Source: Amoebidium appalachense
Lineage: Eukaryota > Protista > Ichthyosporea
NCBI GenBank assembly: GCA_963693365.1
Contig: CAVNZM010000008.1
Location: forward strand, 4,059,572-4,123,571
Reading direction: 5' to 3'
Length of the DNA: 64,000 nt
Both the position numbers and the translations under genes were made by a program. The stretch's first letter is position 1. Every line of letters begins with the position of its first letter. The notes beneath the pieces were generated by a model that saw only the letters and a program-made list of their open reading frames with translations, was not told where the DNA came from and did no database searches. Positions 12,891 to 23,715 of this stretch are shown one piece after another.

Positions 12891-14541
12891 CTTCCAGGGG
12901 GGTTAATCCCGGCCAACTTTTTGGCCACTCCGACACCGGATTTAATGCCGTCTTCGTGGAAGCCATAGGTGGCCCAGGCACCGGCAAAGAATAGACCCAG
13001 TTTGCCTTGAATCGAGGGGAGAAGACCTTGCGATCTGGCGGTGAGATGAAGAATATAAGTTTATTGTCTACGGAGGAAAGGGCAGGGAGGGAGAGAGGAG
13101 AGGGGAGGGGGGAAGGGGAGGGAGGGAAGGCGGCAGGGAGGAGGGTGGATACTCTGATGGAACAGAAAAAGATAATGAAGGGAGGAGAATGTGACAGGTT
13201 GGGTTGAAAGGGGCGACTTTGAGTTCATGTTCGTGTGTGTGTCTGTGTGTACGTGTATGTATGTGTGTGTTGTGGGGGGAGGATGGGGAGTGTGTGTGTG
13301 TGGGGGGGGGGGGGGGAGGGGGATTGAGGGAGAGGGGGGGGGGGGGGGGGGGTGTGTGAGTTGAAGTCTTTGGGGTGGTTGGGTGGACAGGGTCCTAGCC
13401 TGAACGTGTTTGAACGATGTGCCAGTGTTGAGAAACGTGGGATGGGGGGAGGGGGAGGAGGGGGGGGATGGATGGAACAGGGGAAGGTAGAGGGACAGAG
13501 AGGGAAGGGCGGAGAGAGAGGGGAGAGGCAGGGCGTATAGAGGGAGAGGGGGGGGGGGGGGAGGGGGGGGGGGGAGGGGGGGGGAGGGGGGAAGAGTGGG
13601 GCGTTCGGAGGGAAAGAAGGAGTTGGGGGGGGGGGGGGGAGGGGGGGGGGGGGATTTTTACTTAATCGCATCGTAGCTGAGGATGGGATGGGCAAGAGTG
13701 AGCTTGCGCAAAACCTTTGCGGGGTCCGGCATGCGGTAGGGAGGGGGGTTCAACGTGACGAAAATATCGGTGTCCGTATTTAGGTCCTGCAGCAGATTCA
13801 GCCAATAGCTGACCGTGATGTCCTTATCGTCATCTCCTTTTACGGCCAGGCAATTCCACGATGCCCACATTTTTCTCTGCTCCGGCATAAGGCTGGCGTC
13901 TGTATGCACCCAAATTTCATTCGGGCGGTGACGGACCCCCCCAATGACGGACAGAATTTCATCGAGATCGAGTTTTACGGCCTCCGCAGTCGGGTTTGGG
14001 GTATTCTCCTCTGCACCCTTTCGGAGCATTTGTTTTGCCTGTTCGGCATGGCACGCAAACACCACCGAATCATATACGTCCTCATATCCCGTACAATCGC
14101 GTACGCAGATCTTGCGATCGCCCGATCCGTCCGCCGATTCCACGATGCGGACTGATTCCACAGCCGAATTTTCGCGGATCTGTCCACCCGATCGCACGAT
14201 CTGTTCTCTCACCTTGGCGACGTAATCTGCGCTGCGTTTCGCCGGAGTCCGCCACTGGGGGCGTGTGCCAATCGTAAGGAGCGAATGGTTGGTGAAAAAT
14301 GTGATCAGGGTTCGCATGGGGAATCCTGCGATCTTGGAATTGGGGACGGACCAGATCGCGGCGGCCGTAGGCAGGAGGTACACTTCACGGAAGAGATCGG
14401 AATATTTGTGCTTGGTTAGGTAGTCGGCCACGGAGAGTTCTTGGTCCGGGTGGCCGGGGGTCAAAACGGGCGGAGCTGTCCGGTTGAAGTGAAGAACCTC
14501 GTACACCATGTACCTGTGTGTGTATGTGTATGTTTGTGTGT

Positions 14542-14590
<49 letters not shown>

Positions 14591-14609
14591 CCGGGGCGGA
14601 GGAGGAGGA

Positions 14610-14641
<32 letters not shown>

Positions 14642-16217
14642 AGGGGGAGGATTGGTTAGTTAAAAGTGGCAGTGAAGATGAAGGGCTAAAACAGGCAAGG
14701 CAGGAGGTCCGAGAGGAAAAGGGGGAGGGAGGGGCGGCTAGCGGTTGCAAGGGGAAGGGGGGGGGATATATATATGCATTAAAGGTTTGGAATTGGAAAT
14801 GGAGACCTCAAAAGACAAGAGGGGACAGGGACGGGTTTTGTTGGGGGCGGAGGCCGGGGGGGGGGGGGGGGGGGGGAGGGGGGGGGAGGGGGGAGGGGGT
14901 TTGAATGCGGAACACGGTACGAAGTATGCATACACGACGAGAAGCATGGTGCAGGACACATGCAAAGGCAAACATTCAAGTATGCAACATCAGCCATGTG
15001 CACAGTATGCGTCATAAGCAGAGCCCATCCTCAGGGAGGACCCAAGTCATCAATTGCGTCTGATTTTCGACCCCTTGGCCCGCGTATATACGACGCTCCA
15101 ACTCAGACAGCAGCATCAACTGAACTTGGGCGGGTCAACCCGTCTTGATCAAAGACGAGCAGGGTTGCTTATGCAAGCAAGGTGAGCAAAACGATGAAGA
15201 TGTGTGTGCAAACTAATGCAGTGCAGCGCAAAATGCGTATGTGCTTACAGATGCACGACACAGAGCAACCATGCCCGTTTGCATGGAAGTAAAGCTGGGG
15301 GGTAGAGGCCCGAGCCTCTAGAGAGAGAAGAGGTAGGAGATGGGAGATGAGGGAACCAGTTTTGCAAGGGAAAAAAAAGGAGCAGGTGGAAAAGCAAAGA
15401 GAGGTTTAAAGAAGCGGGGTTGAGGCCTGGGGATGGGTGTGGGGGAGGGGAAGGGGAGAAAGGGTGGGGGGGCGGGGGGAGGGGGCCATTCAACATGAGT
15501 AGGAAGCGGGACTGGGAGAGAAGATGTCTGAAGAGGTTGCGGGTATAAGCGTGTGTGTGGGTGACGGGGGTGGGGGGGGGAGGGGGGGTAAATGGGTCCA
15601 TTCATGTCACAGTCAAGGGGGCCTTCCTTAGGGGGGAGGAACGGGATGTGGTGGTGGTGGCTGGCTCGGGGCAGGGCGGGGGTCGGGGTTTCGGGGGGGG
15701 GGGGGGGGGGGGGGGGGGGTGTGGAGGGGGGAGGGGGGAGTCCTACCAGTAGCGAGGATCTGCGACATTACTCCAATGAGGGAAGACAGTAAAGAGGTCG
15801 TGGGAGGCCCACTCGGTGATGAGGTTCTTGCCGGTGGGGTCGACCAGCTGTACCGAGAGGGACATGTCTGACTCGATAGTGTCGACACCGAGGGACGTGA
15901 AGAAACCAGTGAGGTGTGGGTAGTTGGTCAGGTTGTACACCTGTGCGTGGAATGATGTGAGATTAGTGCGTGTTGTGGATGGAATCAGATCAAAATTCCC
16001 TCCCACACTTAGCCAGACACACTCTTCCCCCTCCCCCCCCCCCCTCCCCCCCCCCCCCCCCCCCTGCCTCCTTCCTAAACAGTCTCACTCACTCGTTTAC
16101 CCATCTGCTCCTCTCAACTTCTGAATTCTTCGTTCCAGCACTCTGGTCAGGCGTTTAGTTGGTTACTCCCCCCTCCAAATTGTTCTCCGGAAGCCCTTTT
16201 ATTATAATTCATATTTC

Positions 16218-16248
<31 letters not shown>

Positions 16249-16431
16249 CGCCCCCCCAACCCCCTCTTCACACACACAGTGAGACTAGTAAAAGTGAGAG
16301 TGAGCGAGAGCCTCCGAACATCTCCTCCCCCGGTTGGAGAGGGGAAAGGGGGGAGGGGTGTAGGGAGGGCGGAGGGTTGGAGAGAGAAGGGGAGGGGGGA
16401 AGGAGAGAAAGAAAAAGAGAGAGGAGAGAGA

Positions 16432-16467
<36 letters not shown>

Positions 16468-16474
16468 GAGAGAG

Positions 16475-16515
<41 letters not shown>

Positions 16516-18015
16516 TCAACACTGGATCATTCATATCCCACAACACCGCCACTACACCACCCAGAACCGACAACCCCAGCAGCATCATGTCACCACCACA
16601 TCAATTTCTTCCTCTGGCCCGTTCAATGCAACACCCCCCCCCACCCCCCTCCCCCCGCTCTCACCTTCTCCCCCCCTCCCGGGGGCCTCAAACGGCCCCA
16701 ATCCATACCGTCTGCACCAACCACATCCCCTTTACACATAAATAGACACTAGCCATACCTGGAATCCAAGATCAGCCTTCACGCCTGGCATAACCTCCAG
16801 CGTGAGAGCGTGACCCCCCAACCTCAATTCTTTCTCCATGACGACAACATCGAGGCCCTTGGGCCCCTGCGTCTGCAGCAGCCATGCGGTGCTCAGGCCG
16901 GAAATCCCCGATCCAATCACACACACCCTCCCTTTTCTCACATACGGGCCCGAGGCGGCCGGTGCGGCAACCAAGGGAGTAGTCACGGGGACTGGCCCAG
17001 GAACGGTATTCGTTCCGTTGGCAATCGGGTTAATGGGTTTCTTCGTTCCGGACATGAAAATCGACGCAAGTGAGTCGACAACGCGGGAGAGAGTCGTCTC
17101 AGCCCCCTCGGGATGAGGGAAAAACGTGGCCCCCTTTCTCACGAGGTTGTATGCCTCCTTGTATATCCAATACTGCGTCATTAGGGTCATGTGCGGGTTA
17201 TGGGACATGCACTTTAACAGCTCCCTACCCGTCAATTCACGCCTCCGCAGACGGTACCCAGCCGAGAAAATGGGAGCGTTGTTTGGTCCTTCCATCGTCA
17301 CCGCCCGTGCGGCGATTCCGGTGCTCGGGGCGGAGAGCTCCCACATGTAATTCTGATTGAGTGGCATGAAAGGAGACACATGGAAATCCTTGTCGAACTT
17401 GAAGGGGCCGAACGTGTGGGGTAGAGCCCCAAGGACCGACCCCCCAGCCCCCACCATGAGATTCGCGTCGGCTACCCGCTCCGCATCCTCAGACCCATCT
17501 GCAAGCACGTACATGTGTCTCTCCTCCCATGGGGTGTTGCTCACCTCAAGCACGACGGCAACGACATTTTCATTCGTGTCGAAGCAGTAATACACGCACA
17601 CAGGGTTGAAAACGAGCCCAAAGTAGCGTGGGTGGGCCAAGATCCGAACCGATCCCTCCGGCCTACGGCCACACTTGGCCTCCACAATGGATCTGATGCA
17701 GTCGGCGAGAAGTGACGATGTCTTCGGCTTTTCGTCTAGGCGCAACCGTGCCGCCCGCTCTGCACCGAGTGACTTGATGACTGCTTTGATGTCGTAGTAG
17801 TCGGTTGTTTGGAACGACATCACACCTGCGAGAGAGAGTGCAGAAAGTAGACTTTCGCGCAGGGGAGATGATGCATTTGCCGTGTCGATTTCATCGAGAT
17901 CCATGTACATGTAGAAAGCATTGTATGTGAATGAATGGTCCGCTTTGGAGTGTGTGCTTGCATCTTGGACGCGCTTGTGATGCACTGTCCCCTCGTAAAT
18001 GCACGAGGCAGCCAT
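7163..18015 (-). CDS. Trifunctional fusion: DUF1365 + FAD-dependent oxidoreductase + CFA-synthase-like SAM methyltransferase (UfaO/UfaD/UfaM-like), 9 exons, ~1334 aa
   Basis: Exons in transcript order: 16759-18015, 15747-15940, 13662-14513, 12771-13034, 11544-11946, 10289-10503, 9227-9313, 8530-8661, 7163-7762. All 8 introns are GT-AG with matching phases, and motifs rejoin across junctions (DLGFQ|VYN, LFLD-E-TMTYSS, ISTEQ|LEH, SIQ|VII). Exons sum to 4004 nt; one extra base in the G6 run at 12897-12902 gives 4005 nt = 1335 codons. Confidence 0.88.
12887..16930 (-). CDS. FAD-dependent oxidoreductase / amine-oxidase-fold domain (UfaD-like), exons 1-4 of the fusion gene
   Basis: Rossmann motif [17 protein letters not shown]...[10 protein letters not shown], plus [82 protein letters not shown]. 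Confidence 0.9.
14900..15130 (-). repeat. 231-bp dispersed repeat, copy 1 (intron 2 of the fusion gene)
   Basis: Reverse complement of 62200-62430, about 9 mismatches by manual alignment and no indels. Both copies end in TTCAAA followed by a poly-C tract on the host sense strand. Confidence 0.9.
17105..18015 (-). CDS. DUF1365 domain (UfaO-like), N-terminal part of the fusion gene
   Basis: Family-typical motifs [85 protein letters not shown]. Confidence 0.9.
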
Positions 18016-18523
18016 CTTGCAAACGAATGATCCAAGACACCCGTGTTCTGGGAGAGGCGGGTTATAAGGCCACGATGCTGGATGCAGGATGAGTGATGTA
18101 TGGAAACAGTGTTAAAATGACTGTACTTGTCGCAAGTGGGACCTTGTGAAAATGACCCGCTAATTTGCTGGATGTTTTGTTTTGTTAGCAAGGTGAGGTG
18201 TGCTGTTATGCGAGAGAGAGTTTGACCCATGGAACTAATGAAAACAAAACGAGATGCTTTTGTTGACATTCAGCAAAACTTTTTCCGCCAAATGGGAAAG
18301 GCCGCTCCTAAAATGATACCGGCATTTGGCGATACTTTGTCTATGTTTACGTAACAAAAAGAGCATGGGGCTTTACAAATATTCAAATACATAAGAAGGG
18401 GAATCTTGCATATATGTTTGTGAATTTCAGATATGTTTATAATTCTGAAAGTTTTTCGAGATACTAAACAGATTTTCGATTGGCCGTGCACAACGTTTCA
18501 TGATACCAATCAAAAGTGCTAAC

Positions 18524-18605
18524 GCCATTAGCTTAACCATAAAAGGCTAAACAGTTTAGTCCAAGCCAATCACGATGTAGCAGGTTCGAATCCAACTTCG
18601 GACCA
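18524..18605 (+). mobile_element. Degenerate tRNA-like sequence (Pol III A/B boxes), probable SINE head or tRNA pseudogene
   Basis: A-box-like TAGCTTAA at 18529, perfect B box GGTTCGAATCC at 18583-18593, ends in ACCA. The cloverleaf stems do not pair fully. Confidence 0.45.
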
Positions 18606-19346
18606 ATGAAAAAGTGCTCGAGCGCGGCATAAACAAATAGAACTCATTCAAGTGGACGATAACATGTCGACTCCACTGGCATCATGGCACGCGGTTTCAT
18701 GTAAGCTAAATTAATAAATTGATACATATAATCAAAAACAGAAACAACTAAAATATAATAGGTCAAGATATTGCCGACTATGCGTATGCGTATAGTGTTC
18801 AAGGGAAGTTCGAATTCTGACGTCCAATGTCGACACCAACCCATGCACACGTGCGACTCCCGACAGACCGCCAGTCCGGGGATCGGAATGCAAGTGCGTG
18901 GGACTCTGTACGATCGATATTCGACGGATACTCGACAAGCCATGTGGACATCTGACGGCAAGTCTTCTCAGTTTGGCAAGTGAGCATCTTACCTCCGACA
19001 TCTTACAGACTTAGTGTTGGTAAAAGAGGGAAACAACCATGCTCATGTGAAGATATGTGCTCACACCGAATGCATTGTACCTTGTATATTTCATGTGTAC
19101 ATCTGGCCACATCTGGCCATCATCATCTTGGGCTAGGTTCTCCTCATCCGCATATACATGGTGTGACTGGATGGTGCACGTGGTTGCCCGTGGTGGTTGT
19201 GGTGGTGATGTTTGTGTGCACGTAACACACACACAGAAAGACGCGCACACACGTGCACGCACACCCACGCACACACGCACACACACGCACGCACAGTCGC
19301 ACACACACACACAGTGTCACCGCACACACACGCACACACGTGTCAT

Positions 19347-19396
<50 letters not shown>

Positions 19397-19557
19397 CACC
19401 GTGGCACCCACACAAGCACACAGCAGACACGCGCACAGAGAGAAGGGGAGGGGCCTGGGGGTGGGGGAGAGAGAGACAGAGAGAGCGAGCGAGAGAGAGA
19501 AAGAGAAAAGGGAGAGGAGAGAGGGAGGGGGAGGGGGAGAGAGAGAGAGAGAAAGAG

Positions 19558-19637
<80 letters not shown>

Positions 19638-19670
19638 AGAGGGAGAAAGGGAGAGAGGGAGTCTCAGAGA

Positions 19671-19768
19671 GTTTTGTTCCCGGAGCTACCCCTAGAGGCC
19701 CCCAGGGGGAACTACCGTCTTCCACCCAGCACTGACAGTACTCTAGCTAGGGTGCTACGATGCTAGTA
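19671..19768 (+). mobile_element. 98-bp dispersed repeat, copy 1; Helitron-like 3' end
   Basis: Near-identical inverted copy at 41524-41621. Palindrome TACTCTAG-CTAGGGTG lies 8 nt upstream of a terminal CTAG followed by T. Confidence 0.55.
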
Positions 19769-19847
19769 TCCAAACTAACATACCTATAACAGTCCTAACT
19801 ATATGTACACACTTTGCCCAGGGTATCACCCCAGCCACGCGTGGGGG

Positions 19848-19893
<46 letters not shown>

Positions 19894-20730
19894 GAGAGAG
19901 AGAGAGAGAGAAGGGGGTGGGAAGAATGAGAGAAGACAGCGGTAGTGAATGAGACCTTAAATAAAAAGGTTAAAATTGAAAAGGGGAGATCATGAGAGAG
20001 GGGGGGGGGGAGAGGGAGAGGGAGAGCCTCAGAGGGAAAGACTACAGTAGCTAGTAGACGGCTGTAGACAACGTTTTGCCTAAAGCATGACTATTACTGC
20101 CCGGTCCGGGAGGACCACTGCCACACATATTTATTAAAAGTAAAAGGAAGGAAATTGAGGCTCCACGGACACAACAGACGACACTGATTATTTAAACACC
20201 AAACACCCCCCCCCCCCTCCCCCCCCCCCCCCCCAAAAAAAAAAAAAAAAAAAAAAGCACCCTCTCTCCCTCCCTGGAGGCCCTGAACTTGATTTACACA
20301 TGTTGACCTTCCTGCGCAATATAGCTTGTAATTGGTCTTATCAAATAAATTTTGGCCCCTCTCCCCCCTCTGGCCCCCTTTCTCCGCAAGCTTTATGGAC
20401 ACCCCCCCCCCCCCCCCCCCCCCCCCCCCAACACCCTCCCCGGACCCATCTCCCTCTCCTTTCCCCCACCCCCACCCACCTCCGGACCCCCATTAGCTCC
20501 CCCCCCCCCCCCCCCCCCCGGGAAAAACTGATAATATTCAGCATCCCATGCCGCCCCGCCTCCACCCCTCTCCACCCCCTCCCCCCCCCCCCCCCCCCCC
20601 CCCCCCACTCAGAGAGTCTCTCCGCCCCTACCCCCTGCCCCCCTTAGTTCACAAGCTCCTCTCATTCCCCCTTGCTCCCCCCCTCCCCCACTGCCTCGCT
20701 CTTTCCATAACTTGAGAAGAAACATCAAGA

Positions 20731-21161
20731 AGGGCCCAATTGCAACCACATCGGCAGAGTCAACTTGCAAAAAGCAGAATTATTCTGCAAAAGCAGAATC
20801 GCTTGTAGCAGATTTATTCCGCAAAAAGCAGAGTTATTCTGCTTTCGACAGCAGAATAATTCTGCTTTTAGCGGATGAATTCTGCTTTTAGCGGAATAAT
20901 TCTGCTTTTTGCAGAATAGTTCTGCTTTTTTTAGCAGACTGATTCTGCTTTTGCAGAATAATTCTGCTATTAGCAGACTGATTCTGCTTTTGCAGAATAA
21001 TTCTGCTATTAGCAGATTGATTCTGCTTTTGCAGAATAATTCTGCTTTTACTGAAGAATATTGCTTTTAGCAGAATAATTCAGCTTTTTACAGAATACTT
21101 CTGCTTTTTGCAGAATAATTCTGGTCGGAGCAAGTTGACTCAGCCGATATGGTTGGGTCCT
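20731..21161. mobile_element. 431-bp non-autonomous TIR element (MITE-like) with a 6-bp TSD and an internal array of 15-bp palindromes
   Basis: Imperfect TIRs at 20731-20768 and 21130-21161. TCAAGA direct repeats at 20725-20730 and 21162-21167. About 18 internal copies of GCAGAATAATTCTGC variants. Confidence 0.8.
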
Positions 21162-21504
21162 TCAAGAACTCAGACACGCTTACATCGTTCCTACCCTACC
21201 CCTATGGGCCTCATCTCATGCTCGTTTGACTTCGTCCTTCCCCCCTCTTCCCACCCAACCCAATCCAACCCACAAGCACGTGCACCCTAACTTACCTCTC
21301 CACCCTGAGTGTGTACACGCACGTACACACACAGACACACATGCGTGCCGCACGCACACACACACACACACAGTGAGTGAGAGGAAGGGAGCTGAAAAGA
21401 GACACGAAGACACACACGCGCACACACAGACACACACCGTAGCACATGGCAGCCACACCACACACTGGCACCGAATCTATACTCCAGCCTTCATTTGCGG
21501 AGCC

Positions 21505-21556
<52 letters not shown>

Positions 21557-22165
21557 TTCTGCAAGAAAAGTGCTGACTTACGGCAAAAGTCCCTACTATT
21601 CTCGCCTGACTAGCAGAGTGTACTGTTACACTACAACTAACACGTACCTGGGCACACATGCATATGAATGAGAGTATATGTGGGTGATCAGGCCACTAAA
21701 CTAACAGACATAAACAGATGCAGAGTGGTGCTGGGCAATGCACGATGCCACAGCACTAACAGAGAGGGTAGTGTGGAGAGGTAGAAACACAGGTGCATGT
21801 TCTGTCAATCTACGTCTAATTTATTATGCTCGATTCTCACCTATTTATCTGCCGCAGGCAGATTCCATGAATACAGATCTATCCAAAGGTATTTGCGCAT
21901 CTGATTGGCAAATACTATGAATACTATAAATCTGATCAATCATATAACGACGTGGCACGTACATGAACGGAAATCAAACTGCATTCCCCTCATACGGTCC
22001 AACCGCAGACAAAACACCCGACTACACAGAAAACATGAAAAGCATGCACAACAACAATCGTCGGATGCGTGCTTTCCTCTCGCTGTCCCCAATAGCTAAA
22101 CAAACTATGAATACCACACGTGCCTAATGAATAACAGAGGGCAAACAAGAGCATGCCGGACATGC

Positions 22166-23106
22166 TTATGAAATAAAGGGAGCACCGGCACCACCGTCAG
22201 CACCACCGTCAGGGGGAGGTGGGGGGCCGCCGCCACCTGCATTACCATCCCCATTTTCGTTGGCAGCAGGAGGGGGGTTGTTATGCCCCCCCCGGCCACC
22301 ACCACGCCCACCCCTACCACCTCGGCCAGAGTTCTTACGGGGGCCCCGTCCGGCACGAACCCACGAGGGGAGCATGCTTGGATGAAATTTTTGAGGGCCC
22401 CTGTTACCATAATAAGTAACAACTAGGTCGAGCTCACCACGACTAAGAGCCACTAACTGATTGATAAATTCATGTGACTTAGTTATGTGGGAAGACTGCC
22501 CTGAAAGGCACGCGTAGTTTTGTCTGGAAGTGTATACATTCGCGAGGGGCGAGCAGTTGTTGGTGGAGCATGGTGAGTGCCGACGACGAACGGTACAGTG
22601 CCGTGCGCGCTGTACAGCTGGCAAACTTCGATACCAACAATGCCAGCAGCATGAACAGAAGGAGACACCCAAGAACGCACCAGCACCAAACTGCCAGGCT
22701 CACGCCCGTCTTGCTGTGCAAATTTGCATACTCCGTTAGGGCGCGTGCCAGGGCGTCTGGTGCCTCTGCTTGCGTTCGCGTTGACCTCGACTTCCAGCCC
22801 GTGGAGAAGGTCGACTGATGAATGTCGATTATCTTCAGGTGGCAAGTCTTCGGGGTCTTCGTAGTCGGTTTCCCCTGAACGAAAAGAGAAGCAATATTGG
22901 TTGTCGTGTTGCAGGTCGTGTGAACGGAAGTAGACACGGTCGAGCAACGGAATGTCTGCTCCAGGAGGGTACCACGGTGAAGTGCCGGGGGGAGAGAGGG
23001 GAACATTATACCCGAGTTCTTCAAGGAAAATGAGGTCGGCATTTCTTGCTTCGCCCCCATGCAGGCCGCTAGGGCCGGCATTGTCGTCACCATGGTGGCC
23101 AGACAT
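22166..23106 (-). CDS. Intronless hypothetical protein (~313 aa) with an RGG box and Gly/Pro tail; one apparent frameshift near 22545
   Basis: Two overlapping ORFs (MSGHHGDD... from the ATG at 23106, and ...SGRGGRGGRGGGRGG...PFIS*) join if the G4 run near 22545 is G5. The region is free of microsatellites. Confidence 0.5.
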
Positions 23107-23715
23107 GTTAGAACCCAAACAACTAAAAACATAGTATTTGCTTGAAACGAGCACACTTGCAGCGCAAGAACTAGCGCTGCAGGGGGTGTAGCTCAGCTGT
23201 TGTATAAAATGATCGTGTGTCCGTGACAAACAATATATTTGTAAATGAACGGGGTTGACTAGACCACGCTTTGCTAAGTTACGTGCTAGTCCTACTTACA
23301 CCTAGTAAGCCGAGCACACTGAGTGAGCTCTGAAGCCCCCGACATGCCCTTATATCGGAGCTCGCACAGCGGCTCAGACATGCGCATCGGTATGTCCTTT
23401 TGGCTACGAGAGCCAATCACATACGGTTCACGGTTCTGTCCCATGGCCATCACGGTTCCAATAAACTTAGTGAGCCAATCGGGTGACAGTACTTGACTAG
23501 CGATGCATTCCACAGTCATACCTCACGGCTATGAGGCTACTTGCATATTTTCCCATGATAAAACTTTGACTTAACGCTCATGGTTCCTCTACTACGTGTC
23601 GGTCCCATGTGACTATTATATCTCATTTCCAATGAATAATTCTGCAAGCTGCACGTGCACATATGTTTAACTCCATGCTCATGCGCACAAGACTGGGGGG
23701 GACATGCATACTGGC

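Noticed and set aside
18524-18605. Functional tRNA gene
   Set aside because: The acceptor and T stems do not pair properly and there is no clear anticodon arm. Kept only as a tRNA-like remnant.
20770-21125. Regularly spaced palindromic repeats resembling a CRISPR array
   Set aside because: Spacers are only 4-8-nt A/T runs, there are no cas genes, the context is eukaryotic, and the array is enclosed by TIRs and a TSD.
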